From a virus (taxonomy: Duplodnaviria; Caudoviricetes), in the IMG/VR virus record IMGVR_UViG_3300025353_000003, positions 1 through 54,935 of that record: a stretch of DNA of 54,935 nt, one strand, 5' to 3'. The position numbers and the translations under genes are program-made. Below, piece by piece: positions 18,518-29,466 of the stretch; positions within the stretch are counted from its first letter, which is position 1; every line of letters begins with the position of its first letter. The notes under the pieces are model-generated. The model was given only the letters and a program-made list of their open reading frames with translations, searched no databases and was not told where the DNA came from.

Positions 18518-19054
18518 ATGAGTGATGATCGTTTGAAGAAAAATACTACCGCAGGTCGTGAAACTAGAGCCTCTCAGGATGTAAGTCGTGAGCCACCTGA
18601 GTCTAAAATGGTTTCATCTGATGAACGTCGTCGGATGTTTCGGTCAGAGTGGCAACAAGAAGCTTTACCAACAGTGCCTGAAATTCCTGGATTTCACCCT
18701 TGCTGGCTTTCAACTACAAATCAGTATGACCCTATTCATAAGCGTTTACGTATGGGCTATACCCCTGTAGTTGCGGAGGATGTTCCTGGCTTTGAACATT
18801 TGAAAGTAAAGTCTGGAGAAATGGAAGGATTTATCTCAGTTAATGAGATGGTTCTTTATAAAATTCCTAATGATATTTATCAGGAAATCATGCAAGAAAT
18901 GCATCATGATGCTCCGATGGATGAACAAACCAAGATCAAACTTCAACAAGAACAGCTCTTAAGCGCTAAAGATAATAGCGGCAAACGTCTTGGTAATGTT
19001 GAAGGTGATGGTATGGAATTTGACATGAGTAAAAAAGCCCCCGTATTTGAATAA
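18518..19054 (+). CDS. conserved head-region hypothetical protein
   Basis: 178 aa; PEIPGFHPCWL...RMGYTPV pattern; GAGG RBS. Confidence 0.65.
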   Translation: MSDDRLKKNTTAGRETRASQDVSREPPESKMVSSDERRRMFRSEWQQEALPTVPEIPGFHPCWLSTTNQYDPIHKRLRMGYTPVVAEDVPGFEHLKVKSGEMEGFISVNEMVLYKIPNDIYQEIMQEMHHDAPMDEQTKIKLQQEQLLSAKDNSGKRLGNVEGDGMEFDMSKKAPVFE

Positions 19055-19060
19055 AAGAGG

Positions 19061-19196
19061 CTATAATTGGTTGCATAATAAGCGCTAGAAGTTTAGCGCT
19101 TAGTTCTAAAGAATTCGCAGTACTTAAAATCGCGATAATGTGATTTTGCTAAATCGGCTTTGAACAAAGCTAAAAACCAAAATCTATTAACCATTT
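19061..19196 (+). promoter_or_regulatory. TATAAT element followed by a multi-hairpin leader of the capsid operon
   Basis: CTATAAT at 19061; hairpins 19079-19102, 19126-19147, 19157-19170. Confidence 0.45.
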
Positions 19197-19209
19197 TAAG
19201 GAGCAATCT

Positions 19210-19779
19210 ATGTCAGCTACTAACGCTCCATTTGGTTTGCGCCCTGCATTCTTTCCAACAGGTTTGGAACGTGCTCAGGCTCTAACAAATGGTATCCCGT
19301 CTGGCTATGCGACCAATATTTTAAAAGGTCAGCCAGTCTCGTATTCCGCGAACAGTGGTCAGATCATTCCCGTCGCTACGACTGAAGCCTTTTCAGGCTC
19401 ATTTCAAGGTGTCGAGTTTACTGATACAACTGGTCGTCGTCGTGTTTCTAATTACTGGCCAGCTAGTACTACAGGCACAAATATCATCGCTTATTTTTAT
19501 AATGATCAACAAATCGTTTATGAAATTCAAGCTGATGGCGCTGTCGCACAAACTGCTATCGGTAACGAAGCAAACTTCACTAATCTAACGGCTGGTTCAA
19601 CAACCACTGGTTTGTCCCAATGCACTATGTCTGCTTCTTTAGTAGGCTCTAGTACACAAGGTCAAATGCGTATTGTTGATATCGCACCGAACGTTGACAA
19701 TAACTGGGGAGACGCTTATACAGTTGTACGTGTACAGATCTCTAAACCTCAGTTTGTTGCCGTCGTAACCGCAATTTAA
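19210..19779 (+). CDS. capsid decoration/minor capsid protein
   Basis: MSATNAPFGLRP N-terminus, beta-rich, directly upstream of the major capsid gene; AAGGAG RBS. Confidence 0.6.
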   Translation: MSATNAPFGLRPAFFPTGLERAQALTNGIPSGYATNILKGQPVSYSANSGQIIPVATTEAFSGSFQGVEFTDTTGRRRVSNYWPASTTGTNIIAYFYNDQQIVYEIQADGAVAQTAIGNEANFTNLTAGSTTTGLSQCTMSASLVGSSTQGQMRIVDIAPNVDNNWGDAYTVVRVQISKPQFVAVVTAI

Positions 19780-19792
19780 GGAGAACTGAACT

Positions 19793-20707
19793 ATGGCAGC
19801 CCCGATGCGCAGTACGGACTTCCGATCAATAGTTGAGCCTATCCTCAACGAATCTTTTGACGGTGTCTATGACCAACGTGCCGATGAATGGTCCACGGTT
19901 TTCCGTGAACAGTCAGGCATTCCACGTAACTATCATGAAGAGCCAGTATTGTATGGTTTTGGTGCAGCTCCTCAATTGCCTGATGGTAGCCCAGTAAGCT
20001 ATCAACAAGGTGGTGTGTTATTCCTCCAACGCTATGTATACCAAGTATTCGGCTTGGCATTTGCTTTGACTAAAGTTTTAGTCGAAGATGGTGACCATAT
20101 CCGTATCGGTCAGGTATATGCAAAACATTTGGCTCAATCATTGATTGAAACCAAAGAGTTGCTATGTGCTAACATTTTGAATCGTGCATTCAATAGTTCG
20201 TACATTGGCGGTGATGGTGTAGCATTGAATACAGCTGCTCACCCAATTGTTAACGGCACAACAAGCAATTTGCTTTCCACTGCTGCTAACTTATCCCAGA
20301 CTTCACTTGAGCAAATGTTGATTCAGGTTCGTCAAGCTGTTGACAACAACGGTAAGAAGATCCGCCTCCAACCATTAAAACTGGTTGTGGCTCCTGGCAA
20401 CGTGTTCCAAGCAGAAGTATTGTTGAAATCTGTTCTACGCGCTGGTACAGCAAACAATGATATCAATCCAATTAAATCAATTGGCTTGCTACCAGAAGGT
20501 GCTTCAGTAATCAGCCGTTTGACTTCAGCAACTAACTGGTGGGTTCAAACAGATGCACCAGAAGGCATGAAGTTAATGATGCGTCGTGCGCTTGAAAAAA
20601 CCATGGAAGGCGATTTTGAAACCGACTCCATGCGCTATAAAGCAACTGAGCGTTATTGGCCAAGCTGGACTGACTGGCGTTCTATGTATGGAACACCTGG
20701 AGTCTAA
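19793..20707 (+). CDS. major capsid protein (HK97 fold)
   Basis: 304 aa; GGDGVALNTAAHP, LKLVVAPG, EGDFETDSMRYKATERY motifs; strong RBS; followed by a terminator. Confidence 0.85.
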   Translation: MAAPMRSTDFRSIVEPILNESFDGVYDQRADEWSTVFREQSGIPRNYHEEPVLYGFGAAPQLPDGSPVSYQQGGVLFLQRYVYQVFGLAFALTKVLVEDGDHIRIGQVYAKHLAQSLIETKELLCANILNRAFNSSYIGGDGVALNTAAHPIVNGTTSNLLSTAANLSQTSLEQMLIQVRQAVDNNGKKIRLQPLKLVVAPGNVFQAEVLLKSVLRAGTANNDINPIKSIGLLPEGASVISRLTSATNWWVQTDAPEGMKLMMRRALEKTMEGDFETDSMRYKATERYWPSWTDWRSMYGTPGV

Positions 20708-20717
20708 TGTAGTTAGG

Positions 20718-20749
20718 GGGCTGAGTCAAAAGCTCAGCCCTTTCTTTTT
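20718..20749 (+). terminator. rho-independent terminator after the major capsid gene
   Basis: GGGCTGAG-TCAAAAG-CTCAGCCC followed by TTTCTTTTT. Confidence 0.85.
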
Positions 20750-20786
20750 AATGTAATCTGTCTAAGCTTTTCAAGGAGAAAGACAA

Positions 20787-21785
20787 ATGCCACAATTTTC
20801 AGACGACCTATTCTTAGGTAGCGCTACTACCAATATGGGTACTAGCACAAATCATACTTCCGCTGCATCTCTAACAGCTTCAATTGCCACAACAGGTGGC
20901 GGTACATTAACTGTTACAGCATGGACTGGATCTTCTTTAGCAGTAGGTATGGTACTTGTCGGTGCAAACGTCACTGCAGGTACAACCATTACTGCATTCG
21001 GTACAGGCACTGGTGGATTAGGCACATATCTCGTATCTATATCACAAACAGCAGCATCAGCAGCTGTAACTGCATACGGCACATCAGATCTTGGTGATCC
21101 ATCATTGATGAGCCAAGGTGTAGGACCACTTGGTCGTATTTATGTTTGGGACCTCGTACCTGTTGCATTAGTTGCAAATAACATTGCTACTGCACAAATC
21201 GGTGGTGTAGGTACTGCATTGACATTAACCGCAGGTAAAGGTGTACAGTCAATCATCGGTAAAGCAGGTCAAACTCTTTATCAATTAGACGTGCCACGTG
21301 CAGTTAGTGTAACGACAGCATCAGGTTCACCAACGGCTTCGACAATCACAGTAACAGGTGTTGACTTCTATGGTCAAGCAATGAGTGAGGCTATTACTTC
21401 TAGCGCTTCAGCTTCTACGGCTGTTAACGGTAAAAAAGCATTTTTCCAAATCAGCGGTATTACCTCAAGCGCATCAACTACAGTGAATATTACTGTCGGC
21501 ACTACTGACATTCTTGGTTTCCCTGTTCGTATCACTGTAGTACCATTCTTGGCTACAATCAAACAAGGTACTACATTGGCGCAAGATGCAGGAACTTTTG
21601 TAGCTGCTGATGCAACTAATCCTGCAACTACGACTTCAGGCGATGTACGTGGTACTTATGTAGCATCTGCAGCAAATGACGGTATTAAGCGCATTGTTGG
21701 CGGTATCTTAGTCCCTGGTATTGGTTCAGGACCAAATGCAACTCGTTTGGGCGCGCTAGGTGTTAACCAAAACTTAGTAGTTTAA
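20787..21785 (+). CDS. virion structural protein (head fibre/decoration-like)
   Basis: 332 aa, T/G/A/S-rich beta protein; [12 protein letters not shown]-terminus; late operon. Confidence 0.6.
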   Translation: MPQFSDDLFLGSATTNMGTSTNHTSAASLTASIATTGGGTLTVTAWTGSSLAVGMVLVGANVTAGTTITAFGTGTGGLGTYLVSISQTAASAAVTAYGTSDLGDPSLMSQGVGPLGRIYVWDLVPVALVANNIATAQIGGVGTALTLTAGKGVQSIIGKAGQTLYQLDVPRAVSVTTASGSPTASTITVTGVDFYGQAMSEAITSSASASTAVNGKKAFFQISGITSSASTTVNITVGTTDILGFPVRITVVPFLATIKQGTTLAQDAGTFVAADATNPATTTSGDVRGTYVASAANDGIKRIVGGILVPGIGSGPNATRLGALGVNQNLVV

Positions 21786-21799
21786 TCGGAGATTAAGTC

Positions 21800-22330
21800 A
21801 TGGCAACTAACAACTTTAAACGTATGACTAAGATGCAAACTTCTGAGCCTACGGCAGATGAAGTAGGCTCAGGCATGAAAAAAGGCGGCAAAACCAAAAA
21901 GATGGCTATGGGTGGTTTACCTGTAGCTGCCCCTATGGCTCGTCGCCCAATGCTTACTCGTCCTCCAATGGCAGCACCTGCCTTACTTCAACGCAAAAAT
22001 GGCGGTGAAAGTAAATCAGAAGAAGTCAGAGAAGAACGCGAAATCAAATCTGTAAAGAAAGATTTGAAAAAGCATGAAAGTGAAAAAGCTAGTAAAGCTC
22101 ACCATGGTTTGAAAAAAGGTGGTAGAGCTGTTCCTGGAGCACTATTAGGTGGCGTAACTGATGCACCAAACCGTAAAAAAGCTGGTACTGAAGGTGTTGA
22201 AAACCCAGGATATAAAAATGGTGGGGTTGTTAAAAACAAATCAGCTGGTTATAAAGATGGCGGTCACGTGGCTATGACTTGTAAGAGCCAAGGTGGTTTT
22301 ACTGTTAAAAAGAAAATGTCTACGTATTAA
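21800..22330 (+). CDS. basic protein with multiple KKGG-type repeats (putative internal head protein)
   Basis: 176 aa, Lys-rich, at least six xKxGG/xAxGG motifs. Confidence 0.65.
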   Translation: MATNNFKRMTKMQTSEPTADEVGSGMKKGGKTKKMAMGGLPVAAPMARRPMLTRPPMAAPALLQRKNGGESKSEEVREEREIKSVKKDLKKHESEKASKAHHGLKKGGRAVPGALLGGVTDAPNRKKAGTEGVENPGYKNGGVVKNKSAGYKDGGHVAMTCKSQGGFTVKKKMSTY

Positions 22331-22336
22331 GAATGT

Positions 22337-22362
22337 AGGGGAGCTAGTCTCCCCTCATTTTT
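22337..22362 (+). terminator. rho-independent terminator
   Basis: AGGGGAG-CTAGT-CTCCCCT followed by CATTTTT. Confidence 0.7.
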
Positions 22363-22381
22363 AAACTTTGGAGAATAAAAT

Positions 22382-23131
22382 ATGACTGCATCAGTTTCGT
22401 CAGCAACCGTCAAAGGCGCGTATGAGCCGTTTGACTTACAAGTTGCTCGTGGCCAGATTTATGGTCACAGTACTGTAAATATTTATGGATTTCAATCCGC
22501 TGTAACAACAACTCAAATTCCTTTGTGGGAAAACGCTACTGCGTACACTTTTCCAGGATCAGCTGTAGTTATGACTTTAGCTAGTGCTTCTGCTTCTGAT
22601 ACCGCAGTTAAGATTCAAATTAATGGTCTTGATGCCAATTACAACGCTATTTCTGAATCTGTTTCTTTGAATGGTACGACAGGTGTAAATACTGTAAACA
22701 GTTATCTGCGTATTAACAGTTTAATTACCACTTCTGGTAATGCAGTGGGAATTGTTACGGCTAAAAACGGTGGAACAACTTACGCTCAAATTAACATAGG
22801 ATTCGGTCGCAGTTTGATGTCAATCTATACCGTACCTAATGGTTTTGATTTTTATTTAAAGCGTGTTGATGCTAATTCATCTTTTAACGGTAACAACGCC
22901 AATTACATCTATTATCAAAATCAAAGTACAAATATCGCTGGTGTAAATATTATTAGCCAAAAAGCTCCATTTGTAACAGGTTATAGCGCATTGCGAGTTA
23001 TGCCTCGTAAGTTTTCAGCAAAAACTGACCTGCAGTTTTTATTCGTAACTAGTGCCAGTACAGCATCTATTAACTTAGGTGTTGAAGGTTATCTAATTCA
23101 ATCTGATGTTTCTACGAATGTGACCCCATAA
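22382..23131 (+). CDS. virion structural protein
   Basis: 249-aa beta-rich ORF; [12 protein letters not shown] motif; GGAG RBS. Confidence 0.6.
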   Translation: MTASVSSATVKGAYEPFDLQVARGQIYGHSTVNIYGFQSAVTTTQIPLWENATAYTFPGSAVVMTLASASASDTAVKIQINGLDANYNAISESVSLNGTTGVNTVNSYLRINSLITTSGNAVGIVTAKNGGTTYAQINIGFGRSLMSIYTVPNGFDFYLKRVDANSSFNGNNANYIYYQNQSTNIAGVNIISQKAPFVTGYSALRVMPRKFSAKTDLQFLFVTSASTASINLGVEGYLIQSDVSTNVTP

Positions 23132-23132
23132 T

Positions 23133-23294
23133 ATGCCGCTAATTAAATCAAAATCTAAAGCTGCTTTCAGTAAAAATGTAGCTGCTGAAGTTAATGCGGG
23201 TAAACCGCAAAAACAAGCGGTAGCGATTGCGTATAGTGAAAAACGCGCTGCTAAAAAGACTGGCGGAAAGATTACCAAGATTGCGGGATGGTAA
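23133..23294 (+). CDS. small basic protein ([16 protein letters not shown]...KQAVAIAYS; DUF6496-like)
   Basis: Hand-translated 53 aa; [13 protein letters not shown] motif; fills the gap between two late genes. Confidence 0.75.
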   Translation: MPLIKSKSKAAFSKNVAAEVNAGKPQKQAVAIAYSEKRAAKKTGGKITKIAGW

Positions 23295-24353
23295 ATGTCT
23301 ACCTCTGGAACTGTTTCACAAACAGTCGTTAGCGTTCAAGACCTCATAGATCACGGTGCTCGCCGTGCGGGTAAGCTCGCTGAGGAACTCACCGTAGAAC
23401 AAGTAAGCGCTGCTAAAACCAGCCTCTATTACCTTCTATCAAGTCTTACTAATTGGGGTATTAATTACTGGGCAATTAATAAGTATGTTACGGGGCTAAT
23501 CCCAGATCAGGCTTATTATACTTTACCAGTTGGAACTGTGGATGTCCTAAATGCAAATTATAGAACTACTACAAATATTACTTCTGGAGCTTATAGTACT
23601 TCAGGGACTGTTGCTAATGCATTTGATGGTGTTGGACAAAGTATCTGCCAACTCACCACAAACACAGGCGCTATTGGTATCAACAATGGTTCAGGCAATC
23701 CTGTTTATATTAACACTGTAGGTATTTTATGTGCAGTTACAGGGTCGGTAACCATTCAGATTCAAGCTTCAGCAAATGGTTCTACTTGGACTTCAGTAGC
23801 ATCTCCTGGAGCTATTAATTGGGTAGCGGGTACGTGGTTATATTATGACCTGCCTACTACTGAGACTCAACCTTATTGGCGTATTCAACAGATCTCTGGT
23901 GTGAATATGGGTGTAAATCAAGTGCAATTTGGTACAATGCCTATTGCAATACCGATGGCTCGTATGAACAGAGATGATTACTCAAATCTACCAAACAGAC
24001 AATTTCAGTCACTCAGACCATTGCAATATTGGTTTAATCGTACAATCCCACAGCCGAATATGGAAGTCTGGCCAGTGCCTAATTCTATTCAGCCTCAGAT
24101 TGAACTCTGGTTAAATCGATACATTCAAGACGTAGGAGATTTGAATGGTGAAATTGAGATTCCGCAATACATGTATTTAGCGGTACAGTGGGGATTGGCT
24201 CACCAGATGGCATGTGAATTGCCTCAGGTGGACCCACAGCGCATGGTATATTGCGAACAGCAATACGAAAAACACCTACTCATGGCTCAAAATGAAAACC
24301 GCGATAAATCGCCTATTTATTTTGCACCGAATATTTCAGCATACACCAGATGA
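23295..24353 (+). CDS. head-tail adaptor-like protein with inserted discoidin/F5-8-like domain
   Basis: Helical N- and C-termini (LTNWGINYW, RMNRDDYSNLPN, VWPVP) around a beta insert (NAFDG...IQASANGSTWT...YWRI). Confidence 0.55.
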   Translation: MSTSGTVSQTVVSVQDLIDHGARRAGKLAEELTVEQVSAAKTSLYYLLSSLTNWGINYWAINKYVTGLIPDQAYYTLPVGTVDVLNANYRTTTNITSGAYSTSGTVANAFDGVGQSICQLTTNTGAIGINNGSGNPVYINTVGILCAVTGSVTIQIQASANGSTWTSVASPGAINWVAGTWLYYDLPTTETQPYWRIQQISGVNMGVNQVQFGTMPIAIPMARMNRDDYSNLPNRQFQSLRPLQYWFNRTIPQPNMEVWPVPNSIQPQIELWLNRYIQDVGDLNGEIEIPQYMYLAVQWGLAHQMACELPQVDPQRMVYCEQQYEKHLLMAQNENRDKSPIYFAPNISAYTR

Positions 24354-24964
24354 ATTATTCTAAAGTATATTCTCAACTTATAACACGCGCTCAATTGCGC
24401 GGGAAAGTTGACGGATATAAAGAACGCCATCACATTATGCCAAAAGCATTGGGAGGTTTAGATTCTAAAGAAAATTTAGTTGAATTAACATCTCGTGAGC
24501 ATTTTATAGCTCACATGCTTTTAGCGCACATTTACGGTAAATACATGTGGTATGCTGTTGTTAAAATGGTTGGTCAAAACCCGTATATGAACAGTAGGTT
24601 GTATTCAATAGCTAGAGAAAAATATTCAGAAGTTTTGAAAGGTAATAAATTTAGTAAAGGTGTTGTTCATAATTCTAAAACTAGATTAAAAATGTCTGAT
24701 TCTCAGAAAAAAGCAGCTCCATTGAGAGAAAAATCTATAGCTGAAAAAAGAACTTTAGATCCTGAATATGATAAATTAATATTTGAAAAACGCTCTTATG
24801 CGACTAGTTGTAGAAAAGAAGGTTATCAAAAGAAATCTGGACTTGAATTTAAACGCCGTTTTAATTCTGATCCTGAATATGCAAAACGTATTTCTGAAAA
24901 CAGAAGGCGGGCAGCTATGGCAAGCCATGAGGCTTTAAGACAAAAAAGGCTTTTAAATGCCTAA
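24350..24964 (+). mobile_element. free-standing HNH homing endonuclease (NUMOD3-type tail)
   Basis: YKERHHIMPKALGGLDSKENLVELTSREHFIAHMLL; HNSKTRLKMS NUMOD3-like motif; AT-rich; overlaps both neighbours. Confidence 0.85.
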
Positions 24965-25325
24965 ATTCTTAAACACCCTAGGTAATAACGTATTGAGTGT
25001 TTTCGTATGTGATAGATGCCATATGAAGAGACCCTATTCAGATATGCGCTCTGACGGTAATATCCCCGCTATTAAAGTTTGTTCTGAATCGTGTTCAGAT
25101 TCTCTGGATCCTTATAGGCTTCCCGCTAGACAACCTGAGAAAATTTCAATCAGATTTCCGCGCCCAGATGCTGACATTGCAGAGTATAATGACGCTATTA
25201 CGACTGATCCTAACGTCGTAAATACCCCTAACAATGTAACACAAGGTACTGCTGGAGAATACGGTATTGCACCTGAAACTTCAGAAGATGATATTGACGG
25301 AAACTTGGATTCATTAGCGCCATGA
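24957..25325 (+). CDS. Cys-rich (CxxC...CxxxC) hypothetical late protein
   Basis: VCDRC...KVCSESCSDSLDPYRLP...RFPRPD. Confidence 0.7.
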   Translation: MPKFLNTLGNNVLSVFVCDRCHMKRPYSDMRSDGNIPAIKVCSESCSDSLDPYRLPARQPEKISIRFPRPDADIAEYNDAITTDPNVVNTPNNVTQGTAGEYGIAPETSEDDIDGNLDSLAP

Positions 25326-25936
25326 ACGATTCTTTTGTATATTCTTGGTCAGACCATAAAACCTCTAAGGTGTATGTAGGGGTTCATAAAGGTTCTGATG
25401 ATGACGGTTACATTTGTTCTTCTAAGTATATGCTTAAAGAATACAAAGAAAGACCGCAAGATTTCACTCGTCAAATTATTGCCAAAGGCGCATGGAAAGA
25501 TTGCATCACTTTTGAAAAGAAAATCAATGAACAACTTATAAAGTCTATTGATACAACTTACAATCGTCACGCTTTTCCAGCGATTGTAAATGAAATTCAC
25601 CCTATGTTGGGTAAAAAACATTCTGAACAAACTAAAACTAAATGGATCGGAAGAAAACATACCGATGAAGTTTTGAAGAAAATAGGTTCAAAATTAAAAG
25701 GTAGAGTTTCTCCTAGAAAAGGCGTTACCCTTTCTGATGAAACAAAAGCTAAAATTAGTCAAAACAGCTTTTGGAAAAATAAAACTGGTCCGAATGCGGG
25801 CAGAAAATTTTCAGAAGAAGCTAAAAAGAACATGAGTATATCTGCTTTGAATAAAGCACCTATATCAGAACAAACCCGATTAAAATTGAGCGAATCTAGT
25901 AAGCTCTCTTGGAAAAAACGAAAAGGCATTCTATGA
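25322..25936 (+). mobile_element. free-standing GIY-YIG homing endonuclease with NUMOD3 repeats
   Basis: FVYSW...KVYVGVHKG...YICSS; repeated GKKHSEQTK / GRKHTDEV / LSDETKAKIS motifs. Confidence 0.85.
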
Positions 25937-28900
25937 ATGTAAGAATTAGCCAACTTCCTACCGCTCCTTCAGCCATTACTGGAGCTGAATTAGTACCTAT
26001 TGTTCAAAATGGCCAAACAGTCCAGACTACTATCGCTAATATAGTTGCTAGCCCTAGTCAAACTCAAACCTTCTTAACAATTAATAATGAACCTACATTG
26101 CCCAATAGTCGTTACATCAGTAGTGGTGTTGGCATTGGGCATACTGATAGTGGTGCTCAAGGTGTTTACTCATTATATCTAAATGGGACTTCTGGCTCGC
26201 TTGAGTTAGCTTCTACAGGCATTATTGCAAAGACTACTGCAAATACAATCGCTGCTAGAACAATATCAGTTAGTGGAGCAGGTCTAGCAATAGCAAATGG
26301 CAGTGGTGTTAGTGGAAACCCTACACTTTCAGTTACAGGGCTTCTATACTCCTTAGCAAACACTGTCGGCACAGGATTACTGGCTACTGCGGGTGGCGCT
26401 AACATCACCCCAGTAAGTATTACTGGAACAAGTGGTCAAATCACAGTTACCAATGGAGATGGTAGTTCAGGCAACCCTAACATTGCTATAACCCCTACAG
26501 GTGTCACTTCAGGCACATACGGTAATGCATCTACTATTCCTGTATTTACAGTGAATAGCCTCGGACAAATTACCTCGATAAGTACTCAAGCAATCAATGC
26601 CCCGACTTATCAAGGAATATGGAATGCTAATACAAATACTCCAACTTTGGTGTCTAGTGTAGGAACTCAAGGATATTACTATGTAGTCTCCGTGGCAGGC
26701 AATACCAATTTAAATGGTGTTACTGGTTGGAATGTAGGTGACTGGGCAATTTTCTCAGGCGGAATATGGGAAAAGATCCCTGGTTCTTCTACTGAATCAT
26801 TTACTAATCTTATTACTACTAATTTACAAGTTGGTGGTCTTACAGGTTACATGTATGCTAATAACACTACGGGTAACGTAACTGCTTCTACAACTATTCC
26901 TACTACAGCGTTGAGTGGAACAATCACTAATGCTCAGTTAGCTAACTCTACTATTTCTGGAGTATCTTTAGGTTCTAACTTATTTAGTTTGACTCTAGGT
27001 ACTGGTCTTTCAGGTAGCTCATACAACGGTTCAGGTGCTATTACCGCTGCCATAGCGAATACTGCAGTTGCCGCTGCGAGCTATGGTTCTGCTACTCAAG
27101 TAGGCACGTTCACTGTAAATGCGCAAGGTCAACTAACTCTTGCTGCTAACGTTACTGTAACTCCTGCTGTAGGCTCTATTACTGGACTCGGCACTGGTGT
27201 AGCCGCTGCCCTCGCCTTGCCCGTAAGTGGCTCAGGCAATATTGTTCTGACCACTTCACCTACATTGATTACTCCTGCATTAGGCACTCCTGCCTCAGGA
27301 GTAATGACCAATGTTACGGGTTTGCCTTTAACCACTGGCGTAACTGGTTTATTACCGATTGCTAATGGTGGTACAAATAGCTCTGCTACTCCGACTAATG
27401 GCGGTGTTGGCTATGGTACTGGAACAGCTCATGCGTATTCATCAGCAGGCACAAACGGTCAATTTCTACAATCAACTGGGGCGGGTTCTCCTGCATGGGC
27501 TACAATTAGTTCAACTGCGAGCACTATTGGAATAGCCAGTAACTCAACTAATGCAAGTTACTTCCCGCTGTTTTACACTGCAGCGACTGCAGCTTCTGCC
27601 ACAACAGCATATACCGCATCAAATTACAGTTTTAATCCTTCTACTGGAACTTTGAGCGTTACTTCTCTTTTAGAGAATACGTATAACATTGTATCTCAAA
27701 AAGACATTGGTACAGCGCCTAATCAGATTCCTCTGAATCAATATCTTGGTAAGCTGGCGTTTATGGATGTCCTAGACACAGTAAACAGCAACGTACAGCA
27801 GACTACCAATACAACTAACGAAGGTCCGAGCCTACTTCTTGATTTTGCTAATAGCAAGACTCTTGACCCACGCATTACCTTCTCACGTCCAACAACAGCG
27901 ACCTACTACAATGGTATTACTAGCGCGGTAGCTGAACAGAATTTGGCTTTATATAGCCAAACTCTTAGTAACGCATTGTGGGTCTTCTCTTCTGGTTCAA
28001 TAACAGGGTCAAATGTTACAGCCCCCGATGGAATGGCTACAGCTTCTCAAATTACATTTACAGCACAATATGCTGGAGTAAGTCAAAATATTACACCCAT
28101 ATCAGGTGCTACTTATACAGGCTCTCTTTATATCCAATCAGTAAGTGGAAATACAAACTTACACCTTTTCTTATCAGGAAATGGTCTTTACTTACAAATA
28201 AGCCCAATAACAGTAACAACTACATGGACACGATATACATTTACTGTAACGAACTGGAATGCAACTTACCCAATTCAAATCGGAGTTCAAGATAGAAACG
28301 CAACTGGGCAGCCTACAGTAATAAATCTTTGGGGCGCACAAGTTGAACAAAGAGCTTCTGCCACAGCATACAACGCAACCACTACAACGGCTATAACGAA
28401 CTATATCCCTGCCTTACAGACTGCGCCTAATAACGTAGCTCGGTTTGACTGCAACCCCACAACAGGCGAAAGCCTTGGATTGTTGATTGAGGAAGCTAGG
28501 ACGAATTTACAAACTTACTCTGCTGGAGTTGGCGGTACTGGATGGAACTTATCTAATGCAACCGCAAACTTGACTGCTACTATTGCACCAGACGGAACTC
28601 AAACAGCTTCTTTAATTACTGAGTCTACTGCAACAGGATCTCATGGTTTTTCTAAAATTATAGTTGTAGCAAATGCTACTGCATACACGATTAGTTACTA
28701 TGTAAAACAATTTGGTAATACTACGAGAAATTTAGCTTTATACGATATTAATACAAGTAGTGCTGCTTATATCAATATCAGTAATATGACTCAGATTAGT
28801 GGTAGTTTTACTGTTTCATTTGCAAGTGTTGGTAACGGTTGGACAAGAATTTCATATACAGGAACATCTACTAGCACATCAGGCGGAACATATATTTATT

Positions 28901-29466
28901 TGACACAAGGCACAACAACTTCTTATGCTGGAGATGGCTATAGTGGTTTTTATGTCTGGGGCGCACAGTTAGAAGCTGGAGCATTCCTTACCTCATATAT
29001 CCCAACAGTAGCTAGTCCGGTAACAAGAGTTGCTGATTTAGCTTCTGTTGCAACTACAGGCTGGTATAACATCTCTCAAGGAACTTGGTTTGGTTCTGTT
29101 GCTACAAAAGCAACAAATTCTGCCCCAAGAATCGTAGGAACTTCTTCATCTTCAAGAACTCCATTATGTATGAATAGCGCATTTAATGGCTTCATGTATG
29201 ATGGTGCAAGTGTTCAATCAGCTAATACTTCTACTGTTAATACAACGTCTAAATTAGCAACTTCATGGATTGGCACAACTGGTTCTGTAAGTTTAAATGG
29301 TGGGGCTGTAGTAACTGGCGCTCAACCAACTGGATATGCAAATATAACAAACATAAATATTGGTAACGATAGTGGCTCTACTCAGTTTATAAATTCAACT
29401 ATTCAAAAAGTTGCCTACTACCCAATCGCCCTATCCAACGCTGAAATCATGGAGATGACCTCATAA
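25933..29466 (+). CDS. long tail fibre/spike protein
   Basis: G/T/S-rich fibre repeats; two carbohydrate-binding-like modules (APDG...WGAQ) and a C-terminal ConA/LamG-like domain; ATG 25933 preferred over TTG 25909. Confidence 0.8.
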   Translation: MNVRISQLPTAPSAITGAELVPIVQNGQTVQTTIANIVASPSQTQTFLTINNEPTLPNSRYISSGVGIGHTDSGAQGVYSLYLNGTSGSLELASTGIIAKTTANTIAARTISVSGAGLAIANGSGVSGNPTLSVTGLLYSLANTVGTGLLATAGGANITPVSITGTSGQITVTNGDGSSGNPNIAITPTGVTSGTYGNASTIPVFTVNSLGQITSISTQAINAPTYQGIWNANTNTPTLVSSVGTQGYYYVVSVAGNTNLNGVTGWNVGDWAIFSGGIWEKIPGSSTESFTNLITTNLQVGGLTGYMYANNTTGNVTASTTIPTTALSGTITNAQLANSTISGVSLGSNLFSLTLGTGLSGSSYNGSGAITAAIANTAVAAASYGSATQVGTFTVNAQGQLTLAANVTVTPAVGSITGLGTGVAAALALPVSGSGNIVLTTSPTLITPALGTPASGVMTNVTGLPLTTGVTGLLPIANGGTNSSATPTNGGVGYGTGTAHAYSSAGTNGQFLQSTGAGSPAWATISSTASTIGIASNSTNASYFPLFYTAATAASATTAYTASNYSFNPSTGTLSVTSLLENTYNIVSQKDIGTAPNQIPLNQYLGKLAFMDVLDTVNSNVQQTTNTTNEGPSLLLDFANSKTLDPRITFSRPTTATYYNGITSAVAEQNLALYSQTLSNALWVFSSGSITGSNVTAPDGMATASQITFTAQYAGVSQNITPISGATYTGSLYIQSVSGNTNLHLFLSGNGLYLQISPITVTTTWTRYTFTVTNWNATYPIQIGVQDRNATGQPTVINLWGAQVEQRASATAYNATTTTAITNYIPALQTAPNNVARFDCNPTTGESLGLLIEEARTNLQTYSAGVGGTGWNLSNATANLTATIAPDGTQTASLITESTATGSHGFSKIIVVANATAYTISYYVKQFGNTTRNLALYDINTSSAAYINISNMTQISGSFTVSFASVGNGWTRISYTGTSTSTSGGTYIYLTQGTTTSYAGDGYSGFYVWGAQLEAGAFLTSYIPTVASPVTRVADLASVATTGWYNISQGTWFGSVATKATNSAPRIVGTSSSSRTPLCMNSAFNGFMYDGASVQSANTSTVNTTSKLATSWIGTTGSVSLNGGAVVTGAQPTGYANITNINIGNDSGSTQFINSTIQKVAYYPIALSNAEIMEMTS

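Noticed and set aside
24350-25936. Group I introns housing the endonucleases
   Set aside because: The endonuclease ORFs overlap intact neighbouring genes directly, leaving no room for intron core structure
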